64,000 nt of DNA from the human T2T-CHM13v2.0 reference genome, Homo sapiens (GCF_009914755.1 NC_060934.1), one strand, 5' to 3'. Numbered from the stretch's first letter, positions 36,208 through 57,689 are shown. The notes: generated from the letters alone by a model not told the origin. Numbers and translations are program-made.

Positions 36208-37624
36208 AAAAGACTGGGTGTGAGACAACAGGGACAGGCAAGTGCTCTGGCAAACAGGGAGTTCTTGTCCTACTGTCTTAAACAGGGAAGCCACCATCAG
36301 CTCCAGTGGGTGATTGCCTTGTGGGAAGGTGGTGCCAATGTTCTGAGTTCAAAAGAACTTGGAAACCCATATTTTTCTATGAAATGTTAAGTTTTTAAAT
36401 TAAACTTATTATTTTGAGATATTAGTAGATTCACATGCAGCTTAAAGAAACAATGCAGAGAGCCCAAGTACGGCGGCTCATACCTCTAATCCCAGCACTT
36501 TGGGAGGCCGAGGCAGGAGGATAGCTTCAGTCCTGGAGTTGAAGATTAGTCTGGGCAACATAGGGAGACCCCATCTCTACCAAGGAAAAAAATTAGCTGG
36601 GTGTGGTGGTGCACACCTGTAGCCCTCACTACTCAGGATGCTGAGGTGGGAGGATTGCTTAAGCCTGGGAGGTCAAGGCTGCAGTGAGCCATGTTTGCAC
36701 TACTACATTCCAGCCAGGTCAACAGAGCAAGACCCTGTCTCATAAAGAAAGAAAGAATACAGAGAGGTCCCATGTACCATTACTTAGTTTTCCTCAAGGG
36801 TAACATCTTGCCAAACTATAATGCAATATCACAACCTGGATACTGACACGGATACAGTCAAGATAACAGACCATGCCCGTCACCAGGGGATTACTCTTGT
36901 TGCCCTTCTGTAGCCACACCCACCTCTCTCTCCTCTCATCCCTAACCCCTGGCAACCACTATTCCTATTCCCTATTGTTCCCTATTTCTATAATTTTATC
37001 ATTTCAAGAACGTTATATAAATGGAGTCACACAGTAAGTGATCTTTAAGGATTGGCTTTTTTTTTCTCTCAGCATAAATCTCTTGAGATTTATCCAAGTA
37101 CTGTGTGTATCAACAGTTCATTCCTTTTTATTGCTGAATAGTATTCCAGGAATAGATGTACTGTACATTTTGTGGAACCATTCATCCATTAAAGCTCATT
37201 TAGGTTGTTTCCAGTTTTTGTCTTTTACAGATAAAGCTGTCATGAACATGTGTGTGCAGGTGTTTTTTGAGAACACGCATTTTCATTTCCCTAAGATAAA
37301 CGCCCAAGTGTGCAGTTGCTGGGTTGTATGATAGTTGCATGTTTAGTTTGATATGGAGCTGACAAACTTTTCTAGAGTTGCTAAAGCATTTTTCATTCCC
37401 ACCAGCAACGTATGAGGGATCTGGTCTTTGGACCCTGGCTGTCATTTGGTGGTGTCACTTTTTGGTGTTGCTATTCTGATAGGTGTGTTGTAATATTTCC
37501 ATGTGGTTTTCATTTACATTTTGATGATGGATAAAGATGTTGAACACATTTCATGTGCTTATCTGCCATCTACATATTCTCTTTGGTGAAAAATTGCTTT
37601 ATGCCTTTTGCCCATTTTCTAACT

Positions 37625-38714
<1,090 letters not shown>

Positions 38715-40094
38715 GTATAATTGTGATGAGGTACAGTTGATCAGTTTTTGCTCTTAGGGGTGCTGCTTTTGGTATCAAACCTAAGAACTCTGCCTACACC
38801 AACATCCTGAAGATTTTCTGCTATTTTTTTTTTTGGCTAAAAGTTTTGAAGTTTTACATTTTATTTTTGAGTGCATGATTCATTTTGAATTAATTTTTGT
38901 GTGAGGTACACGATTTAGGTATTGCACATTTTCTGGGTTTGGACAAAGGAATAGTATCATGCAGGGTAGTTTCACTGCCCTAAAAATCCTCTGGACTCCA
39001 CCTACTCATCCCTCCCACACCTCTCAATCCCTGGCAACCATGAATCTTTTTACTGTCTACAGGGTTTTTGCCTTTTCCAGAATGTCATACGGTTGGATCC
39101 TACAGTATGTAGCCTTTTCACATTGGCTTCTTTCACTCAGTAATGTCCATTTAAGGTTCCTGCATGTTTTTTCATTGCTTTGTCATTGCTTTTTAGCACT
39201 GAATAATTTTCCATTGCCTGAATGTACCGGTTTATTGATCTACTGAATAACATCTTGGTTGCTTCCAAGTTTTGGTGATTATAAATAAAACTACTATAAA
39301 CATCTATGTGCGGATTTTTGTGCAGACATTGTTTTCAGCTCCTTTTGGTAGATACCAGCGAGCGTGATTGCTGAATCATATAGGAGTATGTTCAGTTTTG
39401 TAAGAAACCACCAAACTGTCTTTCAAAGTGGCTGTACCATTTTGCGTCCCTACCAGCTGTGAATGGGAGTTCCTGTTCCATATCCTCCCCAGCATTTGGT
39501 GGTGTCAGTATTCTGGATTTTGGGTCATTCTGATAGGTATATAGTGGTATCTTGTTGCTTTAATTTGCATTTCTCTGTTGACATAGGATGTGGAACATCT
39601 TTTCATACACTTATTTGCCATCTGTATATCTCATTTGGTGAGGTGTCCGTTCAGGTCTTTGGCCCATTTTAAAGTTAGGTTGTTTGTTTTCTTATTATTG
39701 AGTTTTACAAGTTTCTTGTATATTTTGGATAAAGTGTGCCTTTTGCGAATAATTTCTCCCTGCCTGTGGCTTGTCTTCTTATTCTCTTGAGGTTGAGATT
39801 CATTTTTGTGTCTGTGTATTTTTTTTTAACCTACGAATGTCCATCTTTCTAACAACATTTGTTAGAGTATTCTTCCTCCATTAAACTGTTTCTGCACCTT
39901 TGTCAGCAATCAGCTAGGCATATTTGTGTGGCTCTGTTTCTGGGTTTGCTATTCTTGTCCATTGATTATCTTGATTACTGTGGCTATATAATAAGGCTTG
40001 AAATCAGGTACAGTGAGTCTTCTCATTTTATTCTTTTCTAAAATTGTTTTTGCTGTTCTTGCACCTATGACGTTCCCTATTAATATTAGAATAA

Positions 40095-40828
<734 letters not shown>

Positions 40829-41090
40829 TGATGTTTATACCTAAGTATTATGTTTTCTTTGGAGTGACCGTAAATGGTGTCATGTTTTTAAATTTGCTAT
40901 TCATGTGTTCATTATTAATGTATTGATTTTTGCATGCTGATTTTGTATCCTGTGACCTTGCTGAACTCACTTATTAGTTCCAAGAAGTTTGTTTGTTTTT
41001 GTAGATTTCTTGGGATTTTTCTATGTATGTAATCACGTTATTTGCAAATAGGGGCTGTTTTATTTATTTATTCTTTTCCCATCCTGTATA

Positions 41091-41402
41091 CCCTTCCTTC
41101 CTTCCTTCCTTCCCCCTCCCCTCTCCTCCCTTCCCCTTCTGTTCCCTTCCCTTGCCTCCGCTCCCCTCCCCTCCCCTCCTCTCCCCTCCCCTTCTGTTCC
41201 CTTCCCTTCCCTCCGCTCCCCTCCCCTCCCCTCCTCTCCCCTCCCCTTCCCTTCCCTTCCCTCCGCTCCCCTCCCCTCCTCTCCCCTCCCCTTCCCTTCC
41301 CTTCCCTCCCCTCGCCTTCCCTTCCCTTCCCTTCCCTTCCCTTCCCTTCCCTCCCCTCCCCTCCCCTCCCCTCCCCTCCCCTCCCCTCCCCTTCCCTTCC
41401 CG
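41091..41402. repeat. (CCCCT/CCCTT)n polypyrimidine low-complexity tract
   Basis: About 310 bp of almost pure C/T with pentamer periodicity. Confidence 0.95.
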
Positions 41403-42310
41403 TCTTTCTTCTTTATTACAGTGGCTGGGACTTTCAGTCCTGTGTTAAACAAGAGCGGTGAGAGGGGACATTTTTCCCTGGTTCCTAGTCTGAGGAGGAA
41501 AGCATTCAGTCTTTCACTGTTAAGTAAGATATTAGCTGTAATTTTGTTGTTAAACATAATGCTTGTAATCAAGTTGAGGAAGTTCTCTATTCCTAGTTTG
41601 CTGTGGGTTTTTATCATGAATGAGTGTTCGGTTTTGTCAGATGCCGTCTCTGCATCAATCGATGTAATTGTATGATCTTTCTTCTTTGGCCTGTTGATAT
41701 ATTGAACTACACTGATTGATTTTCAAATGTTGAACCAGCCTGGTATAATTATTTTTACACATTGTTGGATTCAATTTGCTAACACTTTGTTGAAGACTTT
41801 TGTATCTAAATTCGTAAGAAATATTGCTCTGTAGTTTTCTTTTATGTCTGGTTTTTGTATCAGGGTAATAGTAGCCTCACAAAATGAGTTGGGAAGTGCT
41901 TGCTCCTGTTCTGTTTTCTAGAAGAGATTGTGTAAAGAAATCTTACATTTTAAAAAAATGTTGGCAACTAATTTCAATTATTTTTAAGCACTCTATGGGC
42001 CAAACGAATGTGCCTGCTGGCTGGGGTTGGCTTCGGGCACGCCTCCCAGTAATTTCCACTTAAAGGAATGTTCTGTCTTGTGTTTTAGAGTTGAGAAGGG
42101 CATAGCTATCGGGTGAGCGCCCTCAATGTGCACAGTATGGGCCACTAGGCATATTTTGGCCTTTAGTCCTGCTCATTAACAAACCAAGCAGCTCAGGTTC
42201 AACCCCTTCTTTGGGGTCTTAGGGATGCTTTTGGACCTCAAGCTCCCTGCAGGCCCCACTACTGGCTGCAAACAAGATAGAGCGGTGGGCAGGGGGTGGG
42301 GAGGGTGGGA

Positions 42311-42514
42311 GGTGTGTGATTTTGTGCTTCAGGGGACATTTAGCAATGTCTCAGGACAGTTTTTGTTGTCACAACTCAGAGATGGGGTGCCACTGGCATC
42401 TGGTAGGTAGAGGTCAGTGTTGCTGCAGAGTATTCTACAATGCACAGAACAGTCCCCCACAATAAAGAATTATCCAGCACAAAATGTCAACAGCGCTGAG
42501 GTTGAGAAACCCTA
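42311..42514 (+). mobile_element. MER20 (hAT-Charlie) DNA transposon fossil
   Basis: ggggacatttagcaatgtct...ggcatctggtaggtagagg...gaggttgagaaaccct matches MER20. Confidence 0.85.
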
Positions 42515-43605
42515 GAATACAAGAACATTTGGCTTAACTGCTTTAACAGAATGCCTAGCGGAGGTGGGTAAACTTCTTTAACCTGAGATGAATTTCTACC
42601 TGAATATAGGCAACGTTGAAAATGGGTTACATTTTTCTCCCCATTACTTTCACGAAATCCCACTGTCCAGAATTGAATGTACACTGTTTACTTAGCAGAG
42701 ACTCATAGAAATGGAATTGCAGTGTCAAACGAAGGGTTAGTACTTTCAAAAGGCACTTGCTGTATACATTGTCAAAATGCCTTCCAGAACAGTGATGTCG
42801 ACTTCTCTCACCAGGGCATGAAAGCCTGTGTCACTGCATCCTTGCAGGCGACGGATGTTCTAATGCTACATATGTTTACTAGTTAGGAAGGTAAAAATGC
42901 TGGTGTGGGGGTTCAATACCCGCATCCCACTCCAACTGTTCCTCATTTCTCACCTCCTACCAGCTCCTGACTCCATCTCCCCTCCTCAGTCTTCATTCTC
43001 CTTGAGTGAGCAGATGTTTTTCTAGCTCTGCAAGTTTTCACTTCTCCAACCTCAGCCAGACATGACCCAGTCTGGCAGAGGTCTGGGTCATGTCTGGCTG
43101 AGGTTGGAGAAGTGGGGTTGCCTTTAGGATTCCAGGACCAGACGAGGTCTGCCTTTGGTAGAGAAACAAGTAGGAATGAAGCATGGGTGTGTCTGGCTGT
43201 GGGACTCAGGGCTCTCCCAGGGAATTGGGGCTCCAGACCTATCTGTACCTGGTGACCCAGAGCCACCGCGAGTCCCTCCAACCCAAACTCAGCTTCTGCC
43301 TCCATAAGGCTCAGCCTCCTGTGATCCCCCTCTTGGGTACCATGATCTACCTGGCCATCCAAGACAGAAATCTGCGGGTCAGCCCTGACTCCACCTACTT
43401 CCACCCCCCCATCTGATAAATCACACTATGTTTAATTAATTAATTGATGAATGGCCTGGCCATTTAGCCTTCCAAATTTCCAGCTAATTAGAACTTTTTT
43501 TAAGGTTGTAAGAGACAGAAGCCCATCTTCGGTGACCATAAGCAGAGAAAGGGATCATTGGCTTATAGAATTGAGACACCCACAGAGAGGGTCTGGCTGC
43601 AATAG

Positions 43606-44404
<799 letters not shown>

Positions 44405-45051
44405 TAAGGAATCTGAGCGACCCTGATTGTGTCATGTACCCTCTCTGAAGTCAATTGCTGTGCCCAGAATATGGGACACTCTGATAGCCATGTGAGTCAT
44501 GCACCCGCTTCAACAGGGCCAAGATGGGCCCAGCTGTATACCAGCCCCTTCAATATCACTTGAAGCAGTTTCTCAAAGGACGTAAAGGCAGCACGTATCT
44601 ATGACATGGTCTTTTCTAACAGTTTTTCTGCTCCCCATCCCTGCTGTCACAACTCTACCCTCTCACACCTGGATCACTGGGAACACCTCCAAACTGCTAT
44701 CTCTGTCCCAGTGAGCACACTCCCCGTCGCACCCAGGCCCCTAGCACCTCAGGAGACTCTTGACTGTGAGTGCACTTGGAGGTCCCTGAATCCTGCTTGC
44801 TAGGGAACGTTTGGAAGGAAAGATGCAAGTCTGAAGAAACCTCCTGTTCACAGATTAAAGACCAGGCATTGAGGAGCAGCTGTGTCACTAGGGCAAAGGG
44901 TAAGGGACAGGCCTGCCCAGTCCTGGCCCTTGTGTACTTCATACACCTTCGGGCTTCTGGTTCCTCTTCTCTCTCTCTGTTGTCTCATTTCTGGGACACC
45001 ATGGGCAGCATGGGTGCATGCCTCATGGATTTGGCCTGGGAGTAAAAACCA

Positions 45052-45400
<349 letters not shown>

Positions 45401-45470
45401 CACCAAAGATTGTCCATCTGGTCCTGTTCCCTGCGACCTGTCCTAACGGTGAGATCCCTTTGCATTTCAG

Positions 45471-45530
45471 CAGGAGGACTCCGTCTTGCATAACGTCATT
45501 CTGTGGCCTCCAAACCCTGAGCCCACACAG
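45471..45530 (+). CDS. TACC2: Candidate alternative in-frame TACC2 cassette exon, 60 nt ([20 protein letters not shown])
   Basis: Branch-like CTAAC 45443-45447; ccctttgcatttcAG acceptor in a NAGNAG (cag|cag|gag); donor CAG|GTACTG; phase 0-0, no stop, unique sequence. Confidence 0.7.
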
Positions 45531-46246
45531 GTACTGGGGAATGTGCTGTTCTGCATGGCTTCCCTCTCAGCCCCTTCCTAACGTCTAGATGGTTGCAAAC
45601 ATTTGGTGTGTCATGTGCATTTATATATTTAGGTTTTCTCCTCCTCCCTCTTCCATTGCTTCTTCCATCCACCCCAAATAAGTTGTAAAACACAGTCGAA
45701 ATCGACAATTTATGTTTAGATTTTTTAGGATAGTATTTTAGTGTGCCTGTCCAAGAACTGGCTTGGTTGGTATGTTCTGCAATGCTGAATAAGGCTTATG
45801 TTGCCAGCAGAAAGGAACGTAGATGCTGGGAGCCAATACTAACCCCTCCAAACTCTTCTACTTTGATTTCCTTTGTCTGCAAGTGAAGCTGGGAATGGGG
45901 TGGTGACCCTACCTTTGCCGCCCGTGAGCAAAACTGATTTGTTGTAAAAGAAGATTAAATTCTGAATCAGCTGTCAGTGTCATGCAACAATGTGCTAGCT
46001 GAGTTCCGCTGCTGTGGCTCTGCCCAAAGTGTTTGCCATCCACTGGGGAAGAGGGTAAATAAGGAACTTTGCGTCACCTCACAGTGCTTTTTCCTGGAGA
46101 GGACGTTGAGGTTAGTGTGTGTTTAGGGGTGTGGTCAGGGTGAGGCTCTAAAACCCCTGGCTCCTCACTAGCCTGCTCTGAAGTCCCCTTCACACCTGGC
46201 CAGGCGTGGCAGTCATCCAGGTGAAGTGGGCTTTTAAAAAAGAGTG

Positions 46247-47463
<1,217 letters not shown>

Positions 47464-47959
47464 CTAGTCCAGGCTCCTACGGGTGTCCCTGTTAGGGGAA
47501 GAGCACTTTGTCCGGTTCTATCTCACAGAGGTCTTCCATCGTGCTTTGCAGCAGAGCTCAAGACCTCAGTCACAAGCTCCCACGTCGTGATGTGACGTGG
47601 ATATGGTTTTTTATTGGCTTGGTGGACATTTGGGAAGCCCCTCCCTGCTGGGCATCTGGTACTTATTTAGGTGCTGTGATCTGTAGAGAAGCAAGACAAA
47701 CAAGGGCCCTGCTGTCTGGAACTTACAGCCAATTGAGGAGTCAGATAAGCAAGTGAGTAAACAGACATCAGTGAGTAAATACATTTGAATCTTTATTAAA
47801 TGTGTATTGTTTACCAGGCATTGCTCTAGCACGTGAGAATCAGCAGTGAACAATTCAGCTGTGATCTGCTCGAATGAAGCTTCCTTATGAGGCGCTAACA
47901 GGCAAAAGACACATCATAAAATTTCCAATGGTAACCATGGTCGGAGGGGCTATTTATTT

Positions 47960-49390
<1,431 letters not shown>

Positions 49391-50358
49391 TCGGGGCTAT
49401 TTTTGATGAAGTGCAGGGGACAGCTCTCTGTAGAGACCTGGTGTACTAAGGAGACAGCCACATAAGGTTCTGGAAAAGGAACATTCTGGAATAAGGTAAC
49501 AGGTGTGTATGGTATAGGAATAGTGTAACAGGTATGGGAGAAATGAGCTTGCTGTACTTTAAGATCAGCAAAGAAGGCCGGTGTGGCTGGAGAAAAGTGG
49601 GTGAGGCAAATTATGGTGAGCTGTGCAGCCAGGGAGCTGGGTGAGGGCTCAGTTTTGTAGGTCCCAACCAGCCCTGGTAAGAAGTCTGGCTTTCTTCTAC
49701 CTGTGGTACAAAGCCATGGTGATAAAAGAGCATTTCACTGGGATTTGAGCCTGTATGCTCACTCACCATGGGGGTGAGACTCCAGCAGTCAGGGCTCCCC
49801 AAGGAGGAAGCAGAGCAGCTGACGGTGAACTTGTGCCCAGCTCTGTCTGGGCTCAGCGGACTTGAGACTCAGCACTCAGCCAGACTGAGCTCCCCATAAC
49901 CGGCCAATTGGAAACTGACAAGCGAAGGACTGGTTAAAACCAACCAACCACATTTCCTTGTAAAACTCCCTGGCTTTTGCTTTGTTGAGTCCCTGTGGCT
50001 TGTTCAGAGAGATGGTCTTTGAGCCTTTGCAGGGGCTGCAGTCCCTCATGTATACCCATCCGTGTGAGTAAATCTCCTCTGCTTCAAGCTCAGGGTATTG
50101 GGTTATTCTTTGCACCTCAACAGTCACGGCGCCTGAGTCTTTCTCTTGTACACAATGATCAAGGGGCAGAGCCCCTTAGCAGTGTTTGGCTCATTATTCT
50201 GGATGGGGCTGAGGTCCTGGGATAATAGAGAGCAAGAAGCCTGGGAGGCCAGAGGCTCCCAGGTGAGGCTTTTTGTTGGTTTTTGTTTGTTTGTTTGTTT
50301 GTTTGTTTGTTTTTGTAGGAGATACCTCAGAGAATAAAAGGAGTGCACTCAGTAGCAC

Positions 50359-51238
<880 letters not shown>

Positions 51239-51329
51239 GCATCATTGCATTAAAGGGACATTGAGTTTTGCAGGTGGGGGAAGTGAAATGGCTTAGAAAG
51301 AACATTGGCGGGGGACACAAGGTTCCTGA

Positions 51330-51645
<316 letters not shown>

Positions 51646-53793
51646 TCCTGACTCTATTTTGAAACCATGATCTTCTGGGCTTGTGGAAGGAAAATCAGCC
51701 TCCCCTTGAGAGGGTTGGAACCTGGTAGGTTCTCAGAGGGCAGCTGGCATGGGTAAGGTGGGAAGGTTAAGGGTCTGTTCCGTGATGATCCTGGGATATG
51801 AGGGTTCAGGCTGCTGATCTGAGTGCAGAAAAAGGCGTGGGAATTGGAAGGTGGGGGTGGAGACAAGGTCAGATGAGGCAGCAGGGTCTGGGGCGGCCTG
51901 AGATGTGGGGTTGGGGGACAACAAGTGCCTGGGAGGACTGGGCCTTCAGGCAGATGAGGGAGGCAGGGAGGTAAGCACAACAGGACCTCTCCTCGGAGCC
52001 TCTAGGCAGTGAGCCGGCAGTTTATTTCGACAGTATTTGCTTTTGACACTTTTTGAAAACAATTAATTGCTGCATTAATTACAAACTGATTTATCTTATT
52101 CAAGTAGTCAATTTTAATAACATCACAACAGTCTTACCTTCCTATCCTGCCAACCAGTCACAGTGATTTCTTGTTTTGTCAGCACAAATGCTATTGAAAC
52201 TCTGAATTTTAGTGGTAGCTTTGGGTTCTGTTCTCTGTTCCTGAGGGAAGAGAAGCCATCGACAGAGGAAAATTCCCACACTCAGCCTGAAACCTCTTCT
52301 ATCTGCTAATTGGAGGTTCCTCTTACTGAGCTGGGGCCATGGAGCCTCAGCCCAGCCCCTTGTGGGTGCCTTTTGCAGCAAGCTGAGTCCTAGTTGTAAC
52401 CCTTGCTCCTTCCTTTGGGAATGGACTCACTTAGGCCTCCTGGGAGGCTGTTCTCAGGGGGCTCTAAGCAGCCTCGGTTACTAAAGTACACTTGCACAGG
52501 TGATGTATTGCACCACCTGATGGTTGGAAATGAAGAGAAATGCATAACCACGGCTCTAAAGGGTGACTCGTTTGGGGAGTGGGAGGACACGGTCCAATGG
52601 GAAGTTGGGAGACTGTCTAACACCCAGCCAAGGGGGGCATCACCTGTTCCCGGGAGTGTCAGGGTCCTGGCTTATGTGTGTCCCTCTCTGGGAAAGAGGT
52701 GGTGGTGACGCTGTGATGAGAGCTGTCTCCACTCGACAGCCCTTCCAGGGGTTTCATGCATCCTGACTTGTTTAGAAAGCTCTGTGGTGAAATAAGGGCC
52801 ATGCCAGCCCACAGCCCCAAATCCTGAAGGTGGGCTTCACAGTTGTTCAGTTCTGGAGAGCCCTACAGGGGACATCTGAGCTCCAAGCTCCAAGCATGTG
52901 GATTTCAGAAGGGAAGGGCAACCCTAACCCCTCCATTACCACTCTCTGGAGTTCCGCTTGGCCATGGGGCTGTCATGATTCCCATTTATAGCTCTGACCG
53001 TGTGGGGAGGAAGAAAAGACATTCAATCCTATTATTATAATGATCTCACTTAAAACATATCATCATTCAGTAACTCCATTCTAACACTTCTATTGTCTGG
53101 GTGTTTCTGTAACAAGTCCCAAAAAACATAATTTTCAACTCTAGAAACTGTGATCAATGCTATGAAGCAAGAAGACAGGTGCACAGACCCCAGACCTAGC
53201 CTGGGTGTCAAGGAAGGCGCTTCTGGGGAGCTGATGTTTGAGCTCAGAGCTGCAAATGAGCAGGAAGTAGGTGACATCAGAAGGACCCAGAGCCAGCTCA
53301 GCAGACACGCCTCCCCCAGCTTGGGCAGGTCCCCCCGGGTCGGGTCCCTGCTCTGCGTACAAGATGTGGTCTGAATGAGGTTTGCTGCTGCAGGAGACCT
53401 CAGCAATGTGGACATCTGAGGAACAGAGGACCAGGAGGACAGGAGAATCTGTGTATGCGAGCCGTCCCCAGGGTCTGGTCATCAAGAAAGGCTGAGGTTG
53501 TATGTTGCTCAGGCGCTGTGTGGTTGTTACTTTGCTTGACAGAGGAAAGTGCCATATATATGTGCACATCTTGTTTAAAGCTATGCTTGGTGCTCTACGG
53601 TTAACTTGAAGGTCCCTTCTTTAGCTCTTGAGGAACTCAGCATTACAGCAACACTCAGCCAGTGCAGGACAGGGAGCATTTCCCAATATTCCACAGGCTG
53701 CAGGTGGGCATCTGGGCTGCTTTAATGTGTTTAATGTGAAAGAAGTTGAGCAAAGAACAAGTTAAGCAGCAAGAATTAATTCAATCTTCATGA

Positions 53794-54953
<1,160 letters not shown>

Positions 54954-55814
54954 TAGCCAATGGGGCTCTTCATTAATGAGTTTTGAATCTGTTTCTTCTT
55001 TATACAGTAACAACCAGCATGTACAATGTCTACGTGGTCTAGCCTTGTCCTTTATTTAACCTTCAGAACAACCCTGCAGTTATGACCCCCATTCTACAGA
55101 TACGGTACTCGAGGTGTAGAACCCAGAGACTTACAGCTAAATAAGCAGTAAAGCTTGGGTTTCAGAACAATTGTACTCAGCTTCCTGCCTGCTCATTCTT
55201 AAACCATGCTGCTGTAGCATGAAAATGAGTGGATACAGGGATTCTAGAGGGGCAAAAGAAATAAAGTTTATGTCTGCACTTTAAGTATAATCAAGTAAAC
55301 ATCACAGCATGGTACAGGCCATCCTGACATGCCCAGCTCTTTGAATAAAGAGACTCTCCCTTTTATTTGTACAGTTGTTGTTTACAAGGCATTCCTATCA
55401 CCCACTGAGGTAGGGAAGGGCAGAGATTGTGGTCCCCAGTTTATTGACGGAGAGAGAGAGGCTTGGAGAGAGGAACTGATCTGACCAAGGGCACATGGAT
55501 TTGGGTTTTCTGACCTCATCCAATTCTCTTTAAATCATATTGTTTCTAAAATATTAAATACATACAGGTCATCAACATTGGGTATGTTTTTGAAGCCTTT
55601 AGTCTGCCACCTACAAACTACAGACATCAGAACATGTCACCTCTTACATCTTTGAGGTTCCTGAATCCTTTTAGGGTAATGGCCACCGCTTGTGACCCAA
55701 ATGCTTCTGAGGAAGGGAAGGCAGATATGATTTACTAAATATCACTCATTCATTCACTAAATTCAAAATTCCATGAGGGTAGTAGGAACCATGTGTCTCT
55801 TTTTATAATTAGAT

Positions 55815-56243
55815 TTCTTTCTTTCTTTCTTTCTCTTTCTTTCTTTCTTTCTTTTTCTCTTTCTTTTTCTTTCTTTCTTTTTCTCTTTCTTTTTCTTTCT
55901 TTTCTTTCTTTCTTTCTCTCTCTCTCTGTCTCTCTCTCTCTTTCTTTCTTCCTTTCTTTCTTTCTTACAGAGTCTCACTCTGTTGCCAGACTGAAGTGCA
56001 GTGCACAATCTTGGCTTACTGCAACCTCCACCTCCCAGGTTCAAGTGATTCTTGTGTTTCAGCCTCCTGAGTAGCTGGGACTACAGGTGCCCACCACCAC
56101 ACCTGGCTAATTTTTGTACTTTTAGTAGAGATGAGGTTTCGCCATGTTGGCCAGCCTGGGTTCGAACTCCTGACCGCAAGTGATCTGCCCGCCTCGGCCT
56201 CCCAAAGTGCTGGGATTACAGGCATGAGCCACTGTGCCTGGCC
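55815..56243 (-). mobile_element. Alu with expanded (TTTC/TC)n tail (55815-55965)
   Basis: Alu consensus preceded by a pyrimidine microsatellite. Confidence 0.88.
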
Positions 56244-57689
56244 AAATTTTACTTTAGAGTATTTTCAGATTTATAGAAAAGTTGCAAAGATTGTATGGAG
56301 AGCTCCCATATAGATGCTTCCCCGGCTTCTCCTAAAGTTAACATTTTACACCATGCCTGTTTTAGTCATCAGTGTCTACCCAGAACCTAGACCCAGCCCT
56401 TACTATTCATGAGGCATAATCATCAAAACACATGTCAAACTCTATTCTGTTATTTTCCATCTTTTAAAGGAAGAGTGAGGACTCAAACCCAGCTCTCTCG
56501 GGCTTCGAAGCTTATTCATTTCTTCTGCTCTATCGTGCTGTATCACATCAGAAAACATTCCGTTTGCGGAAAGCTGAAATCCCACGCTGGCAGCCTTTCG
56601 CTTGTTGGCCTGACAGAGTGCCTGCTAGGTTAGGCTGAGGTGTCCTCTGCAACCTGTATTCGTCAATCTTTTGTACCCCCTTGGAGGGGAAGAAACATTT
56701 GGGATGGTCTAGCAGAACTGGTGTGAGCATTTGCCTTCCCTTGACAGGGAAGATGGGCAGCCGGCTGGCTCTAGCACAGAGCATGTGTTCATCCTCCATA
56801 TTTGGTCAGCCTGGCAGTTGTTTCTGAAATCCGATTCCTAATGCCATGGGGATGACCTTTGGTCTGCTTCCCAGCATTCACCTGCAGTCAAGCTGCTCCC
56901 AAGGAGCTCGTTCAAAGAGGGGGCGACTTAGGCAGACACTCTGGTCATGATCTAACCATGTTAATTAAGCATGGTTTAATTAACTCTATTGGCATGACCA
57001 GTAAGCAGTGGTCTAGAGTGATGGAGCGTTTAAGAGGTAAGTGGAATTTTTTTTTTTTTTTTATGGTGAAATGCTTTAGCTCTTTACAAAGTATATTTTT
57101 TAGGACTGGAAAATTGCTGTAACTGTTTAAAGATTGCTTTAAAATAGACTCCAGGCTCTGGAGTGTTCCAGAGCCAACGAAAGACTGTTTGTTTACTCAA
57201 GCAATGGCAGCGAGGGAAAGATTTGAAGAAGCAACTGGGCGAGTCCACGTGTCCTGTAAGGCTTGCCAATTGTTTTTCCAGCCTGCGATTTGGAAGTGTA
57301 AAGGGTAACTTTAGAAATGCATGCTGTTTTGCAGTGACGCCTGCTGACACACAGGTCCTTTGGAATCCAGTAAGCAATAGAGCTTAAGACTATCTCTAAG
57401 ACGGGGAACAGGAAGGGGGATTCAAAAGCACAGGGAAATGTGGCAAAAGCGAGAGTTCCCAGGGCTGAGGGTACGTCTTTCGATTTGCAGACATGGCCAC
57501 CAGACTAAATAAGAATAATCTACTTTTCATACATTCAACAAATATTTATGGACTGCCTCTTCTGTGCCAGGTGCTATTCTGGGCATCAAATCTAGGCTCC
57601 TATACCACATTATTCTCAAATGTCCAATTGCTATAATTCCTTGGAGCATAGCAGCAAAATGGCAGAGGCCATAGAGCAACGAATTCCAC

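Noticed and set aside
41023-41617. Pro/Ser/Leu-rich and Gly/Arg/Glu-rich ORFs (139-185 aa)
   Set aside because: Produced by the C/T simple repeat fused to a decayed L1 ORF2 remnant
55164-55177. Androgen-response-element-like AGAACA-AT-TGTACT
   Set aside because: Spacer is 2 nt, not the required 3, and it lies in MIR-like sequence
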